From Octopus sinensis (Eukaryota), in assembly GCF_006345805.1 (NCBI RefSeq), contig NC_043000.1, positions 28,954,001 to 29,018,000 on the forward strand: a DNA stretch of 64,000 nucleotides, written 5' to 3'. A program made the position numbers and the translations under genes. Of the stretch, positions 51,581-63,611 are shown in pieces. The notes beneath the pieces are model-generated. The model had not been told where the DNA came from. It made no database searches and saw only the letters and a list, made by a program, of their open reading frames with translations. How positions within the stretch are numbered: the stretch's first letter is position 1; each line of letters opens with the position of its first letter.

Positions 51581-52359
51581 ATAGATATATATATAGATAT
51601 ATATATATATACATACATATGCATGTATGTATAAGTTTCATAAACATTACAATAAAGTAGGCCTTTTTTCTTTAATATATAAATATAATTCTAGTATTTG
51701 AAATATCGTATAAATAGAAAAAAACATAGGAATATTTATAGCTTGTATTGAACCCATGAGCTATATATCATGAGCCCAATTCTCTAGTAATTCAGTCACT
51801 GAGGATTCAGTGAACAGTTACAGCCGTGAACACCGATTTAGTTTTGAACACAGTTCCAGGATTCTGTCATAGAGAATGAAATTGAATCCTAACGCATCTA
51901 CGTATAATCACAGCTGTTTTTTTTTTTTAAAGTAATACCATATTCATCGATAATATAAGAAATGACATAAAAATACTACAGTTTCTGAAATAATAAATGG
52001 CTTTCTGTCAGACCGCTGTTTGAAGTCAGCATTTTATCAAATCATTCAACATGATAATTTTTAATAAAAATAAATAAATAAACATATAAGCAGATAGATA
52101 AAAGCAAATGTCATGAACATAAAAATAATGCTCAGGAGAATATCTTTATAAATTTAAAATTAATATGATTGAAAATACAGAAATAAAATGATATAGATTA
52201 CTGAAATAGCTTTTGAATATAGCAGTTGGGAATTGTGAAATCGTGAAATCAAAGAATGTAGCAATCTAAGAATCCTAGATGTGTTAAAGAATCGAATGTT
52301 GCATGGAAAAACTATATATCTAGAGAAGACAAGCAAAACAAGCCGGAAAAATTGCATCG

Positions 52360-52650
52360 TTTTCCAAAATGGCGGATTGTTGTCGGCTGCAAATGGACAC
52401 TAATCTGGTATTTCAATATGATGAGAAAGACAGGGCAGGACAGGTTAGAAAAGTAGACGATGTGTTAAAATGTGTTTGATAGCGATCAATGGATATCAGC
52501 AGCTACTACTGTCGCATGCAAATAGCCAAATCCGACAAAAGTCACGTCTTATGCCACCTCCCTATTGGTAATCTCTGAGCGTGCATAGAATTGAGTTCCG
52601 CCAAACGTAGCTTGGCAGAATATTCAAAACCTTTATGTCGCCATCTTAGC
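52360..52650. promoter_or_regulatory. Candidate promoter region
   Basis: YY1-type motifs AAAATGGCGG (52366-52375) and CGCCATCTT (52639-52647) bracket ATGCAAAT (52516), GTCACGT (52541) and ATTGG (52564) in GC-richer unique DNA. Confidence 0.3.
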
Positions 52651-53397
52651 CATTTAGATCACTACAAATTTTTCACATATATATTTTTCTGTACATATTC
52701 CTTTTCTTCCTGCTTCTACTTTCCCTCCTTTACAATATTATTCCCCAATATGTCTTGTTCCTCGCGTCTCTTTCTTCCTGCTATTTAATATTTGTTCTTT
52801 CCTTATCTGTTGACATTTTTCACAAATATATTTTCGATTCGTTATTTCATCCGCTTTCTTTCTCATATCCTATCGTCATTCAGCTTCCTTACATCTCACA
52901 TATGCACACACACGATAACGATACACATACACACGCACGAGCCATCGAAACAGCTTCTATACAGTCACTTTAACAGCCAGAAATAGCAGCCAAATCCTTC
53001 TCATATCACACGTTCTACTGTGCTTTAAAAATCAAAGTATAGACTGAATAATGTAAGACATGATAAACTGTATCTGTAAAACGAAAAAAGGCATTCCATC
53101 GGTGGTCATGGATGGAATGCATTTTGATCGTAGGTTTGCCTCGCGGGAGCTGACCAGGGGTTAAACAATAAAAGCAATAACATTAATAGATACAAACACA
53201 AATCCATCCACTTTTTATTCTATTTCTCAGCTTCTTCCATCTCTTTATTCTTCCTAACTTCTCCTCGTCTCTGATTCTTTCTCTCTTTCATTCATCGAGT
53301 TTGCCAAACTGTCTTCAAATCTCAGCATTCCTCAATACTTTTCGACTACTTTACAACATCATATAGCTTGGAGGCTAGCGTTTTGGCTTCCATTATC

Positions 53398-56300
53398 CGT
53401 GTATCTTTCTTTCTCTCTGTCGACATTTATGTAAAGAGAGAGAGAGAGAGAGAGAGAGACGGAGATAGAAAGGTTTCGATATTTATGTGTGTATGCGTGT
53501 ATGTATATATGAATGTATAGACATACATACACGTGTGTGTATTCTCTCAATTTGTTTATTGGTTTATTTCTTCTACTATTCAATTCCATACGAATATGTA
53601 TGTGTGTGTATGCGTATGAATATACATATATATATATATATACATAAATACTAACGTTTTATATCTTGTTTCGTATCACTCACACAGTGTTCACCCATTC
53701 TCTCTCTTTCTCTCTCCCCTTTTCTACCTCTCCGTTTCTATCTCTCTATCTATCAACCCCATTCTCTCTTTCTCTCTCTATCTCCTCATTCTCTTTCTTT
53801 TTACTCCCTCTCTTCTCTCTTTCTCTTTCTCTTCTCTCTCTCTCTTTCTTTCTCTCTCGTTCAGGTCAGGTTTTCCTTTTCTTTCAGCGTTGACAGTGAA
53901 ATGAGCTTGAGATTTAGGTTCGAATGCTTCTTATTCTTTGCACTTTGTTTATCGCTTAGCCAGATAGAAAAAAGGGCCAGTACCCTGATCCATGTTAGGA
54001 GCTTAGTGAATGTTGGCAGGGAAAAGACCGAATACATAACATGAATGCTTGTGACATGTAAAAGATCACCACCTATCATTTGAAGGGGCTGGGGCTAACG
54101 ACTACGCAAAATAGGGGCTATGCATTAAATTCTTTAATAACCAACATTGTAGAGTCAGGCTTGATCCCCACTGGAGAGTTGACTTCATATTGCTTCTCGA
54201 ATGTTCTAAGAAAATAATAATTTCCTTAATACTCTCTCTCTCTCTCCAAGGGGAAGGCAAAGGCCGATACAGCTTGGCACCAGTGACGTCGCACTCATTT
54301 CTACAGCTGAAGAACTGGAGCAATGTGAAATAAAGGCCTTGTTCAAGAACACAAACGCAAAATTCAATAAACAGTTACCAGAGTAGCAAACTTCACGCAA
54401 GTAACAAGGATGTAGCGACCTATTCAAAGGTAGAAACTCCGTGTTAATTTGGAGTAATTTGTAGTATAAGCAAATAATGGAGTTGAACGCAGATGTTATT
54501 CAAATTCATCTACTTTCGGCATATGCTTCGAAGACAACATTGTTTTTATTCCAAAGGAATAAACGATGAGAAGATTACATTATTTTACACCGTTTGGAGA
54601 AATTCAGTGGTTTTGAGGGAGACGTGGAAAAAATAAAATAGACTTAGAAACGTATCTGCAGAATCTAGTATTTCTGATTCCTCGTTAATGCACTTGAAGC
54701 ATAAATTTAAAAAAATTAATGTATGTGAGTCCTGCAATAAAGTTATATCTCGATTAGACACAGTTACCAAGTATGTTCTCCAAGTTTTTTACTTATTACA
54801 AATCTTCCACAAATCTTTAGGATATAGTTAACACAGACGAATTTACATGTGGAACTTGAGAAAAAGTTATATCTCGATTAGACACAGTTACCAAAGTATC
54901 TTTCTTTCTCTCTGTCGACATTTATGTAAAGAGAGAGAGAGAGAGGAGAGACGGAGATAGAAAGGTTTCGATATTTATGTGTATGCGTGTATGTATATAT
55001 GAATGTATAGACATACATACACGTGTGTGTATTCTCTCAATTTGTTTATTGGTTTATTTCTTCTACTATTCAATTCCATACGAATATGTATGTGTGTGTA
55101 TGCGTATGAATATACATATATATATATATATACATAAAACTAACGTTTTATATCTTGTTTCGTATCACTCACACACAGCTATTCAATTCCATACGAATAT
55201 GTATGTGTGTGTATGCGTATGAATATCATATATATATATATACATAAATACTAACGTTTTAATATCTTGTTTCGTATCACTCACACAGCTGTTCACCATT
55301 CTCTCTCTTTCTCTCTCCCCCTTTCTACCTCTCCGTTTCTAATCTCTCTATCTATCACCCCCATTCTCTCTTTCTCTCTCTATCTCCTCATTCTCTTTTT
55401 CTCTACTCCCTCTCTTTCTCCTCTTTCTTTCTCTCTCTCTCTCTCTCTTCTTTCTCGTCGTTCAGGTCAGGTTTTCCTTTTCTTTCAGCGTTGACAGTGA
55501 AATGAGCTGAGATTTAGGTTCGAATGCTTCTTATTCTTTGCACTTGTTTATCGCTTAGCCAGATAGAAAAAGGGCCAGTACCCTGATCCATGTTAGGAGC
55601 TTAGTGACTGGTTGGCAGGGAAAAGACCGAATACATAACATGAATGCTTGTGACATGTAAAAGATCACCTATCATTTGAAGGGGCTGGGGCTAATGCACT
55701 TGAAGCATAAATTTAAATAAAATTTAATGTATGTGAGTCCTGCAATAAAGTTATATCTCGATTAGACACAGTTACCAAAGTATGTCTCTCCAAGTTTTTT
55801 ACTTATTACAAATCTTCCACAAATCTTTAGGATATAGTTAACACAGACGAATTTACATGTGGAACTTGAGAAAAAGTTATATCTCGATTAGACACAGTTA
55901 CCAAATTATCTTTCTTTCTCTCTGTCGACATTTATGTAAAGAGAGAGAGAGAGAGAGAGAGACGGAGATAGAAAGGTTTCGATATTTATGTGTGTATGCG
56001 TGTATGTATATATGAATGTATAGACATACATACACGTGTGTGTATTCTCTCAATTTGTTTATTGGTTTATTTCTTCTACTATTCAATTCCATACGAATAT
56101 GTATGTGTGTGTATGCGTATGAATATACATATATATATATATATACATAAATACTAACGTTTTATATCTTGTTTCGTATCACTCACACAGCTATTCAATT
56201 CCATACGAATATGTATGTGTGTGTATGCGTATGAATATACATATATATATATATATACATAAATACTAACGTTTTATATCTTGTTTCGTATCACTCACAC

Positions 56301-57533
56301 AGCTGTTCACCCATTCTCTCTCTTTCTCTCTCCCCCTTTCTACCTCTCCGTTTCTATCTCTCTATCTATCACCCCCATTCTCTCTTTCTCTCTCTATCTC
56401 CTCATTCTCTTTCTTTCTACTCCCTCTCTTTCTCCTCTTTCTCTTTCTCTCTCTCTCTCTCTCTTTCTTTCTCTCTCGTTCAGGTCAGGTTTTCCTTTTC
56501 TTTCAGCGTTGACAGTGAAATGAGCTTGAGATTTAGGTTCGAATGCTTCTTATTCTTTGCACTTTGTTTATCGCTTAGCCAGATAGAAAAAAGGGCCAGT
56601 ACCCTGATCCATGTTAGGAGCTTAGTGACTGTTGGCAGGGAAAAGACCGAATACATAACATGAATGCTTGTGACATGTAAAAGATCACCACCTATCATTT
56701 GAAGGGGCTGGGGCTAACGACTACGCAAAATAGGGGCTATGCATTAAATTCTTTAATAACCAACATTGTAGAGTCAGGCTTGATCCCCAACTGGAGTAAG
56801 TTGACTTCATATTGCTTCTCGAATGTTCTAAGAAAATAATAATTTCCTTAATACTCTCTCTCTCTCTCCAAGGGAAAGGCAAAGGCCGATACAGCTTGGC
56901 ACCAGTGACGTCGCAACTCATTTCTACAGCTGAATGAACTGGAGCAATGTGAAATAAAGGGCCTTGTTCAAGAACACAACACGCAAAATTCAATAAACAG
57001 TTACCAGAGTAGCAAACTTCACGCAAGTAACAAGGATGTAGCGACCTATTCAAAGGTAGAAACTCCGTGTTAATTTGGAGTAATTTGTATAGTATAAGCA
57101 AATAAATGGAGTTGAACGCAGATGTTATTCAAATTCATCTACTTTCGGCATATGCTTCGAAGACAACATTGTTTTTATTCCAAAGGAATAAACGATGAGA
57201 AGATTACATTATTTTACACCGTTTGGAGAAATTCAGTGGTTTTGAGGGAGACGTGGAAAAAATTAAATACTTAGAAACGTATCTGCAGAATCTAGTATTT
57301 CTGATTCCTCGTTTAATGCACTTGAAGCATAAATTTAAATAAAATTTAATGTATGTGAGTCCTGCAATAAAGTTATATCTCGATTAGACACAGTTACCAA
57401 AGTATGTCTCTCCAAGTTTTTTACTTATTACAAATCTTCCACAAATCTTTAGGATATAGTTAACACAGACGAATTTACATGTGGAACTTGAGAAAAAGTT
57501 ATATCTCGATTAGACACAGTTACCAAAGTATGT
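53398..57533. repeat. Three tandem copies (~1.5, ~1.0, ~1.6 kb) of a mosaic unit containing a SINE fragment and a LINE 3' fragment
   Basis: tctttctttctctctgtcgacatttatgtaaagagag recurs at ~53403, ~54899 and ~55908. Copy 2 lacks the segment after ggggctggggctaa. Confidence 0.9.
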
Positions 57534-57951
57534 TTAAATGAAGAGAACAATGCTTTCTGCAACTCTGTTAACCAAAAATCAAGCCTTGGGGGAATTTTTA
57601 AAAAAAATATTAGTGATACATTTAAAACATTTTCGATTGAATGTAAAATGCAGATTTGTGGTCTCACTGAAAGGTGGATGGAAGATAATCTCAAAATTGT
57701 AAGAAATATGTAAATGTTCTTACCTTCAACTGGATCTATACTAAGTCAAGAGGTCGTTCTTAATGGCGCACAAGTATTATATTGCTCAGTATTATATTAT
57801 ATTGTTCAGTGCATTTTTTCACTAACTTTAGATTAAGATATATTTAGAATTTCACATGACCATAAGGCTTTACATAATGAAGTCTTTTCAATTCAAAGTG
57901 GGGTATATTCTTGATATGTGAGAAATAACCCGAGATATCATGTGGTAAAAT

Positions 57952-57987
<36 letters not shown>

Positions 57988-57991
57988 ATTA

Positions 57992-58033
<42 letters not shown>

Positions 58034-58038
<5 letters not shown>

Positions 58039-58633
58039 GAGGGAATATTATATGTAACTTTTCTAAATGGTATAATTTAATTTTTCATTATTGAACTGAT
58101 AAAAGGTTTTTTTTTCTAATTCATATATATACATATATAATGGGGAAATAATACAAAATGTATAAGTGGACGATGAGTAAACCACCGGCACAGTTTCAAT
58201 TACCTGCTATTATCTGTAGATTGCAGGAACTTCATAGTGGTGGTTGGGGTAACAGTATTAATAAAATAGATGGAAAAACAAAAGATTTTATTTAGTACGA
58301 CACATATTTCGACCCGTTCTGGGTCTCTTTGGGTACATAAATAAATAAAAAATATATAAAGTCTCACTAGAGATTCGGTTTTACGTGTCTCCAAGTGTCC
58401 AAATCGTAGGTGCAATCTATGTGGGTGTCTTTTCAGAACATTGTCTGGTTTAAAAAGTTGACGGACATTTAGCGATACGTAAAACCGAATCTCTAGTGAG
58501 ACTTTTTTTTTTATGTACCCGAAGAAACCCAGAACGGGTCGAAACCATTTTTCCATATATTTTATTAATACTATTATATATATATATATATAATATATAT
58601 ATATATTATTATTATATTATATTATTATTATTA

Positions 58634-58665
<32 letters not shown>

Positions 58666-59198
58666 GAGGGAAATTATATGTAACTTTTCTAAATGGTATA
58701 ATTTAATTTTTCATTATTGAACTGATAAAAGGTTTTTTTTTCTAATTCATATATATACATATATAATGGGGAAATAATACAAAATGTATAAGTGGACGAT
58801 GAGTAAACCACCGGCACAGTTTCAATTACCTGCTATTATCTGTAGATTGCAGGAACTTCATAGTGGTGGTTGGGGTAACAGTATTAATAAAATAGATGGA
58901 AAAACAAAAGATTTTATTTAGTACGACACATATTTCGACCCGTTCTGGGTCTCTTTGGGTACATAAATAAATAAAAAATATATAAAGTCTCACTAGAGAT
59001 TCGGTTTTACGTGTCTCCAAGTGTCCAAATCGTAGGTGCAATCTATGTGGGTGTCTTTTCAGAACATTGTCTGGTTTAAAAAGTTGACGGACATTTAGCG
59101 ATACGTAAAACCGAATCTCTAGTGAGACTTTTTTTTTTATGTACCCGAAGAAACCCAGAACGGGTCGAAACCATTTTTTCCATATATTTTATTAATAC

Positions 59199-59230
<32 letters not shown>
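58034..59230. repeat. 626-bp tandem duplication, each unit carrying a fold-back with hammerhead-like ends
   Basis: 58295-58336 = 58921-58962 and 58515-58544 = 59141-59170 (offset 626). Confidence 0.85.
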
Positions 59231-59232
<2 letters not shown>

Positions 59233-59425
59233 CCAGGTGGTGATATTAAGTTAGACATGGCCTGGGCCTATACTGGCCGAAACCTGTCAAAGTTATCAGT
59301 TATTTTTTTTTAAGTTTCAGCTCAGAGCTGCGGCCATGCTGATGCACCGCCGTTAGTTATATATAAAAAATATATATGCATTAATTGATTAAGTGAGGTT
59401 GTGTGTGTGTGTGTGCGTGTGTGTG

Positions 59426-59458
<33 letters not shown>

Positions 59459-59639
59459 GTGGTGTGTGTATGTAGCATTTCTGCACCGTTTTTGTCTGTC
59501 AAGTTCTTCTCCTGAAGAATTAGTCAAACTTACGGCTAGAGAAGAAAATACCGAAATTATTGCGAGATGGGATCGAACCCGGCAAACTGTTTAGCAAAGC
59601 ATATATGTCTGCTCATTGTCTTATGCTAAGTATCCATAA

Positions 59640-59640
59640 T

Positions 59641-59709
<69 letters not shown>

Positions 59710-59850
59710 GATAGATAGATAGATAGATAGATAGGTACATACGTACATACGTACATACATACATACATACATACATACATACATACATACATACATACAT
59801 ACGTACATACATACATATATACACACATACATACATGCATACATATGCGT
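59640..59850. repeat. (AGAT)n / (CATA)n microsatellites
   Basis: Direct inspection. Confidence 0.95.
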
Positions 59851-60822
59851 GTATGTGTGTATATGTGAAGTCATCAACGTATTTACTTTATATTAACGAA
59901 TGCATCTCATTTTCTTATTTCCATTTCTGTCTTCATATTAAAACCTCGCTGTTGTTCGCTGATTGCACTTTGATATAAGACTACAAACGACTGTGCACGT
60001 TTAATAATAGATCCTTGATTATATATAAAGTTTCAACAATGACTCATTTCCATATTAATTCTATACTGGTGTGCGTGAGTAATTTTTCGCTTTTGTTGGG
60101 TCTTTTTCTATTGTATGTTGTTGCCGTTATTATTGTTATCCACCTACGCCTTGTTCACGCTAATCAATCCTAGCCAGTCTTGACCATCCCGTCTTGTATT
60201 CAGACATAGTAAAACAGGCACTAAAGTACTTCATGTAGTAAGGCAATGGCATACTTAGCTGATGGGGTCTAATTAGAAAGAAACATGGCCTGAGTTGTCA
60301 CCGTACAACTAAAATGAGACACTCTTCCACTGGATTTTATTTTTAATGTACTTTAACTTCTGAGGACTGTCTGCCATGCCTTTCTTGACCAGAGTTACTA
60401 AATAAGATAAAAATTGGTTCTTCCCATTATAGTTGTAATTTTAATTAATTACAAGTCCACTGAATTATTTTAGCGCCCATTTTACTGTTTGACTTTCGTG
60501 CAGAAGATGTCTCTTGGTATTCTGCTACAGTAATGATATAGACATAATATATCTAGGATTACATTATCTCATGTATTTTTCACTTTTTAAGAGCTCCATG
60601 TATGATTTGAGGGATATTTGCTTATTTCTATGTGAATAGGAAAAGTCATTAGTTTGCCTTGCGAACAATATCTATCCTGACTGCCGGCTTTCTAAGATCA
60701 AATTCCGCCGAAGTCAACGTTGTTTTTTATTCTTTCGATGTCGATGAAAATGTTTCAGTCCAGGCGGAGGATTCGGTGAAATTATTAGAACGTCGGAGGG
60801 GATGTATAGCTCTATAGGAAGC

Positions 60823-61198
60823 ACTCCGTCGGTTACGACGACGAGGGTTCCGGTTGATCCGATCAACGGAACAGCCTGCTCGTGAAATTAACGTGTAAGT
60901 GGCTGAGCACTCCACAGACACGTGTACCCTTAACGCAGTTCTCGGGGATATTCAGCGTGACACAGAGAGTGACAAGGCCGGCTCTTTGAAATACAGGTAC
61001 AACAGAAACAGGAAGTAATAGTAAGAGAAAGTTGTGGTGAAAGAGTACAGCAGGGATCCCCACCATCCCTGCCGGAGCCTCGTGGAGCTTTAGGTGTTTT
61101 CGCTCAATAAACACTCACAACGCCTGGTCTGGGAATCGAAACCACGATCCTACGACCGCGAGTCCGCTGCCCTAACCACTGGGCCATTGCGCCTCCAC
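60823..61198 (-). mobile_element. tRNA-derived SINE family C, full length
   Basis: Reverse complement of 25793-26148; ends in ...gggccattgcgcctccac. Confidence 0.9.
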
Positions 61199-61282
61199 AT
61201 AGCTCTATATGTACCAGATCTCTACTCTCTGGATTCAAATCCCGATCCGAAAGAGGACAAAACTTCTACCAGGCGTTACGAC

Positions 61283-61508
61283 CGTTTATCTGTCCTTGTT
61301 TGTCCTCTCTGTGTTTAGCCCCTTGTGGGTAGTAAAGAAATAGGTATTTCGTCTGCCGCTACATTCTGAGTTCAAATTCTGCCAAGATCGACTTTGCCAT
61401 TCATCCTTTCAGGGTCAATAAATTAAGTACCAGTTGCGTACTGGGGTCGATCTAATCAACTGGTCTCCTCCCCCAAAATTTCGGGCCTTGTGCTTAGAAA
61501 AGAATATT
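61283..61508 (+). mobile_element. SINE family B, headless permuted copy
   Basis: Tail-derived segment (tttgtcc...aagaaataggtatttcgtc) is fused directly to the body. Confidence 0.8.
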
Positions 61509-61554
61509 TAATGTTTTTCACTTACAACTAAAGTTTTAAATGTGTTAATCTCTA

Positions 61555-61941
61555 CTCTTTTACATGTTTCAGTCATTTGACAGCGGCCATACTGGAGCAC
61601 CGCCTTTTAGTCGAAGAAATCAACCCCTGAATTTATTCTTTGTAAGCCTAGTTCTTATTCTATCGGTCTCTTTTGCTGAACCGCTAGCTTAAAGTGACGT
61701 AAACACACCAGCATCGGCTGTCAGGAGATGGTGTGGGGGAAAACAAACACAAACACACAAATACATACATACATATATATGATAACTGAAGAGATGGTGG
61801 TGTGGATTTCCACCTCGGCTCAGAAACTCAGAGTTTTATCTTGGCTACCGAATAATTGTCACATATTACATTTACAGATACATTCCTCTATTTACATAAT
61901 ATTGAGGTCTCTTTCTTTCTTTTGTTATCTTACCGTTTTTG

Positions 61942-62001
<60 letters not shown>

Positions 62002-62247
62002 AATTAAGGACTGAACACGAAAAGTGGACAGTCAACATGCTAGATATAGACGTCAAATCGCCATTCTCCACAAAAGATTATGTTCTCAGATTATATATAC
62101 TACGGGCTTCTTTCAGTTTCCGTCTACCAAATCCACTCACAAGGCTTTGGTTGGCCCGAGGCTATAGTAGAAGACACTTGCACAAGGTGTCACGGAACCA
62201 TGTGGTTGGTAAGCAAGCTTCTTACCACACAGCCACTCCTGCGCCTA
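61555..62247 (-). mobile_element. SINE family A with nested insertions in its central microsatellite
   Basis: Body 61555-61770 and head 62100-62247 are separated by a family G unit (61781-61950) and a fold-back arm (~62030-62090). Confidence 0.8.
61781..61840 (+). ncRNA. type I hammerhead motif (family G, canonical core, GUU site)
   Basis: gataa CTGAAGA gat-ggtgg...ccacc-tcggctca GAAA ctc-a-gag TT ttatc. Base of stem II is imperfect. Confidence 0.6.
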
Positions 62248-62664
62248 TATATGTTTTGTGTGTGTGTGTATGTGTGTGTGTCAGTGTGTCTGTGTATCTG
62301 TGTGTCGTTGTCATAGTGACTATTGGCAATAAATGGTTAAATATGTTCAAATGTCAACTCCATTTTCGACCTTTACATTAACTATTTCATTCGTTTTCTT
62401 TCCACTCAGTCCTTAATTCACGCATTTTTCTCTTCGGCTTGATTGCTTTCCTGCGTTGTTCCTCTTTCGTCTTTTCTTTATATTTTTTCCTTTCAGCCAT
62501 CTTGTATATCGTTTTCCTTTTCTCCTCCAATAGCTGTAAATCGTTTTTCTCAATATTCTACATTATACTGTGTTACACCATTGTAAAGATTGACAACTAT
62601 TGATAAAATATTCTCAACTCTGTTGAATGGTATGAACAAATTTTTGCACAATGTTTGCTCGATA

Positions 62665-62705
<41 letters not shown>

Positions 62706-62942
62706 ATAGCAGCAGCAGCAGCAGTAGCAGAAGAAGAAGAAGAAGAAGAAGAAGAAGAAGAAGAAGAAGAACAACAACAACAACAACAACAACAACAGGA
62801 ACAATTTTCTTTGAATATACGGACAAGTAAATATATTTACAATCATGCATTCACATATAGATGAATTAATATATAAACACACAGATAATAGATGTAAGCA
62901 TACATGCATATACATATATATGTGTCAGTGTATATATATATA

Positions 62943-62985
<43 letters not shown>

Positions 62986-63030
62986 ATACACTGACACATA
63001 TATATGTATATGCATGTATGCTTATATCTA

Positions 63031-63064
63031 TTTCTGTTGAAGAGCGTAGGCTCGAAACGTAAAA
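63031..63064 (+). ncRNA. Hammerhead-like motif, A6U variant (family H)
   Basis: ttt CTGTTGA a gagc-gtag-gctc GAAA CG TA aaa. Confidence 0.45.
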
Positions 63065-63373
63065 GACTTGTTTTATTTATATTCCTGAGCGCCATACTAA
63101 TACAATTGTTTGTTAGTATTCCGCCTGCCTTCGTCTTTTGTTTATTTTCATAAAGCTTCCCGTTATATATATATATATACATATATAGTTGAGGTGTGTT
63201 CTGTTAAGAACGTATAAGTGTACAAATAGAGCTCGATCACCCTTAGAATTCCCAAATTGTCGGTAGTATTCTTATGACATGCTACCAATTCTAGGTATTC
63301 CTCGTGTGTGAAAATAAAAAGTATAAAGTAAACGTGTCAAAAGGAAGGGTAGGTACGTTTAGGCAGCTTTTTA

Positions 63374-63504
63374 ATCGCTGCAAATGTTTCGATATATACA
63401 GATACACGTATATACAGGATTTAAAGTTAAGTTTAAATTAAATTATTTAACGATTTACCTGTATAAGAAGAATAAGAAGATTTATATGTATCTCCTCAGG
63501 CGAT
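63374..63504 (-). ncRNA. type I hammerhead with long stem II and a probably inactivating U16.1C change
   Basis: Minus strand: atcgc CTGAGGA gatacata...tatatatc GAAA CATTTG CA gcgat. 5-bp stem I; 7 of 8 bp paired at the base of stem II. Confidence 0.6.
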
Positions 63505-63611
63505 ACTCAGTTGCTGTCTCCGTAAGTAAATCTAGATTTCTATGCTACAAAATCCATGGCTTCTTTGAAAAAATATATATATTAGGATTCACTACAGAGC
63601 AGTTTTTTAAT

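Noticed and set aside
54742-57533. CRISPR-like repeated 33-39-bp sequence
   Set aside because: The intervening sequences are identical, not unique spacers; it is a direct repeat inside tandem duplications in eukaryotic DNA.
59500-59560. CTGAAGA with tagtc/ggcta stem
   Set aside because: GAAA is out of register and there is no helix III or stem I.
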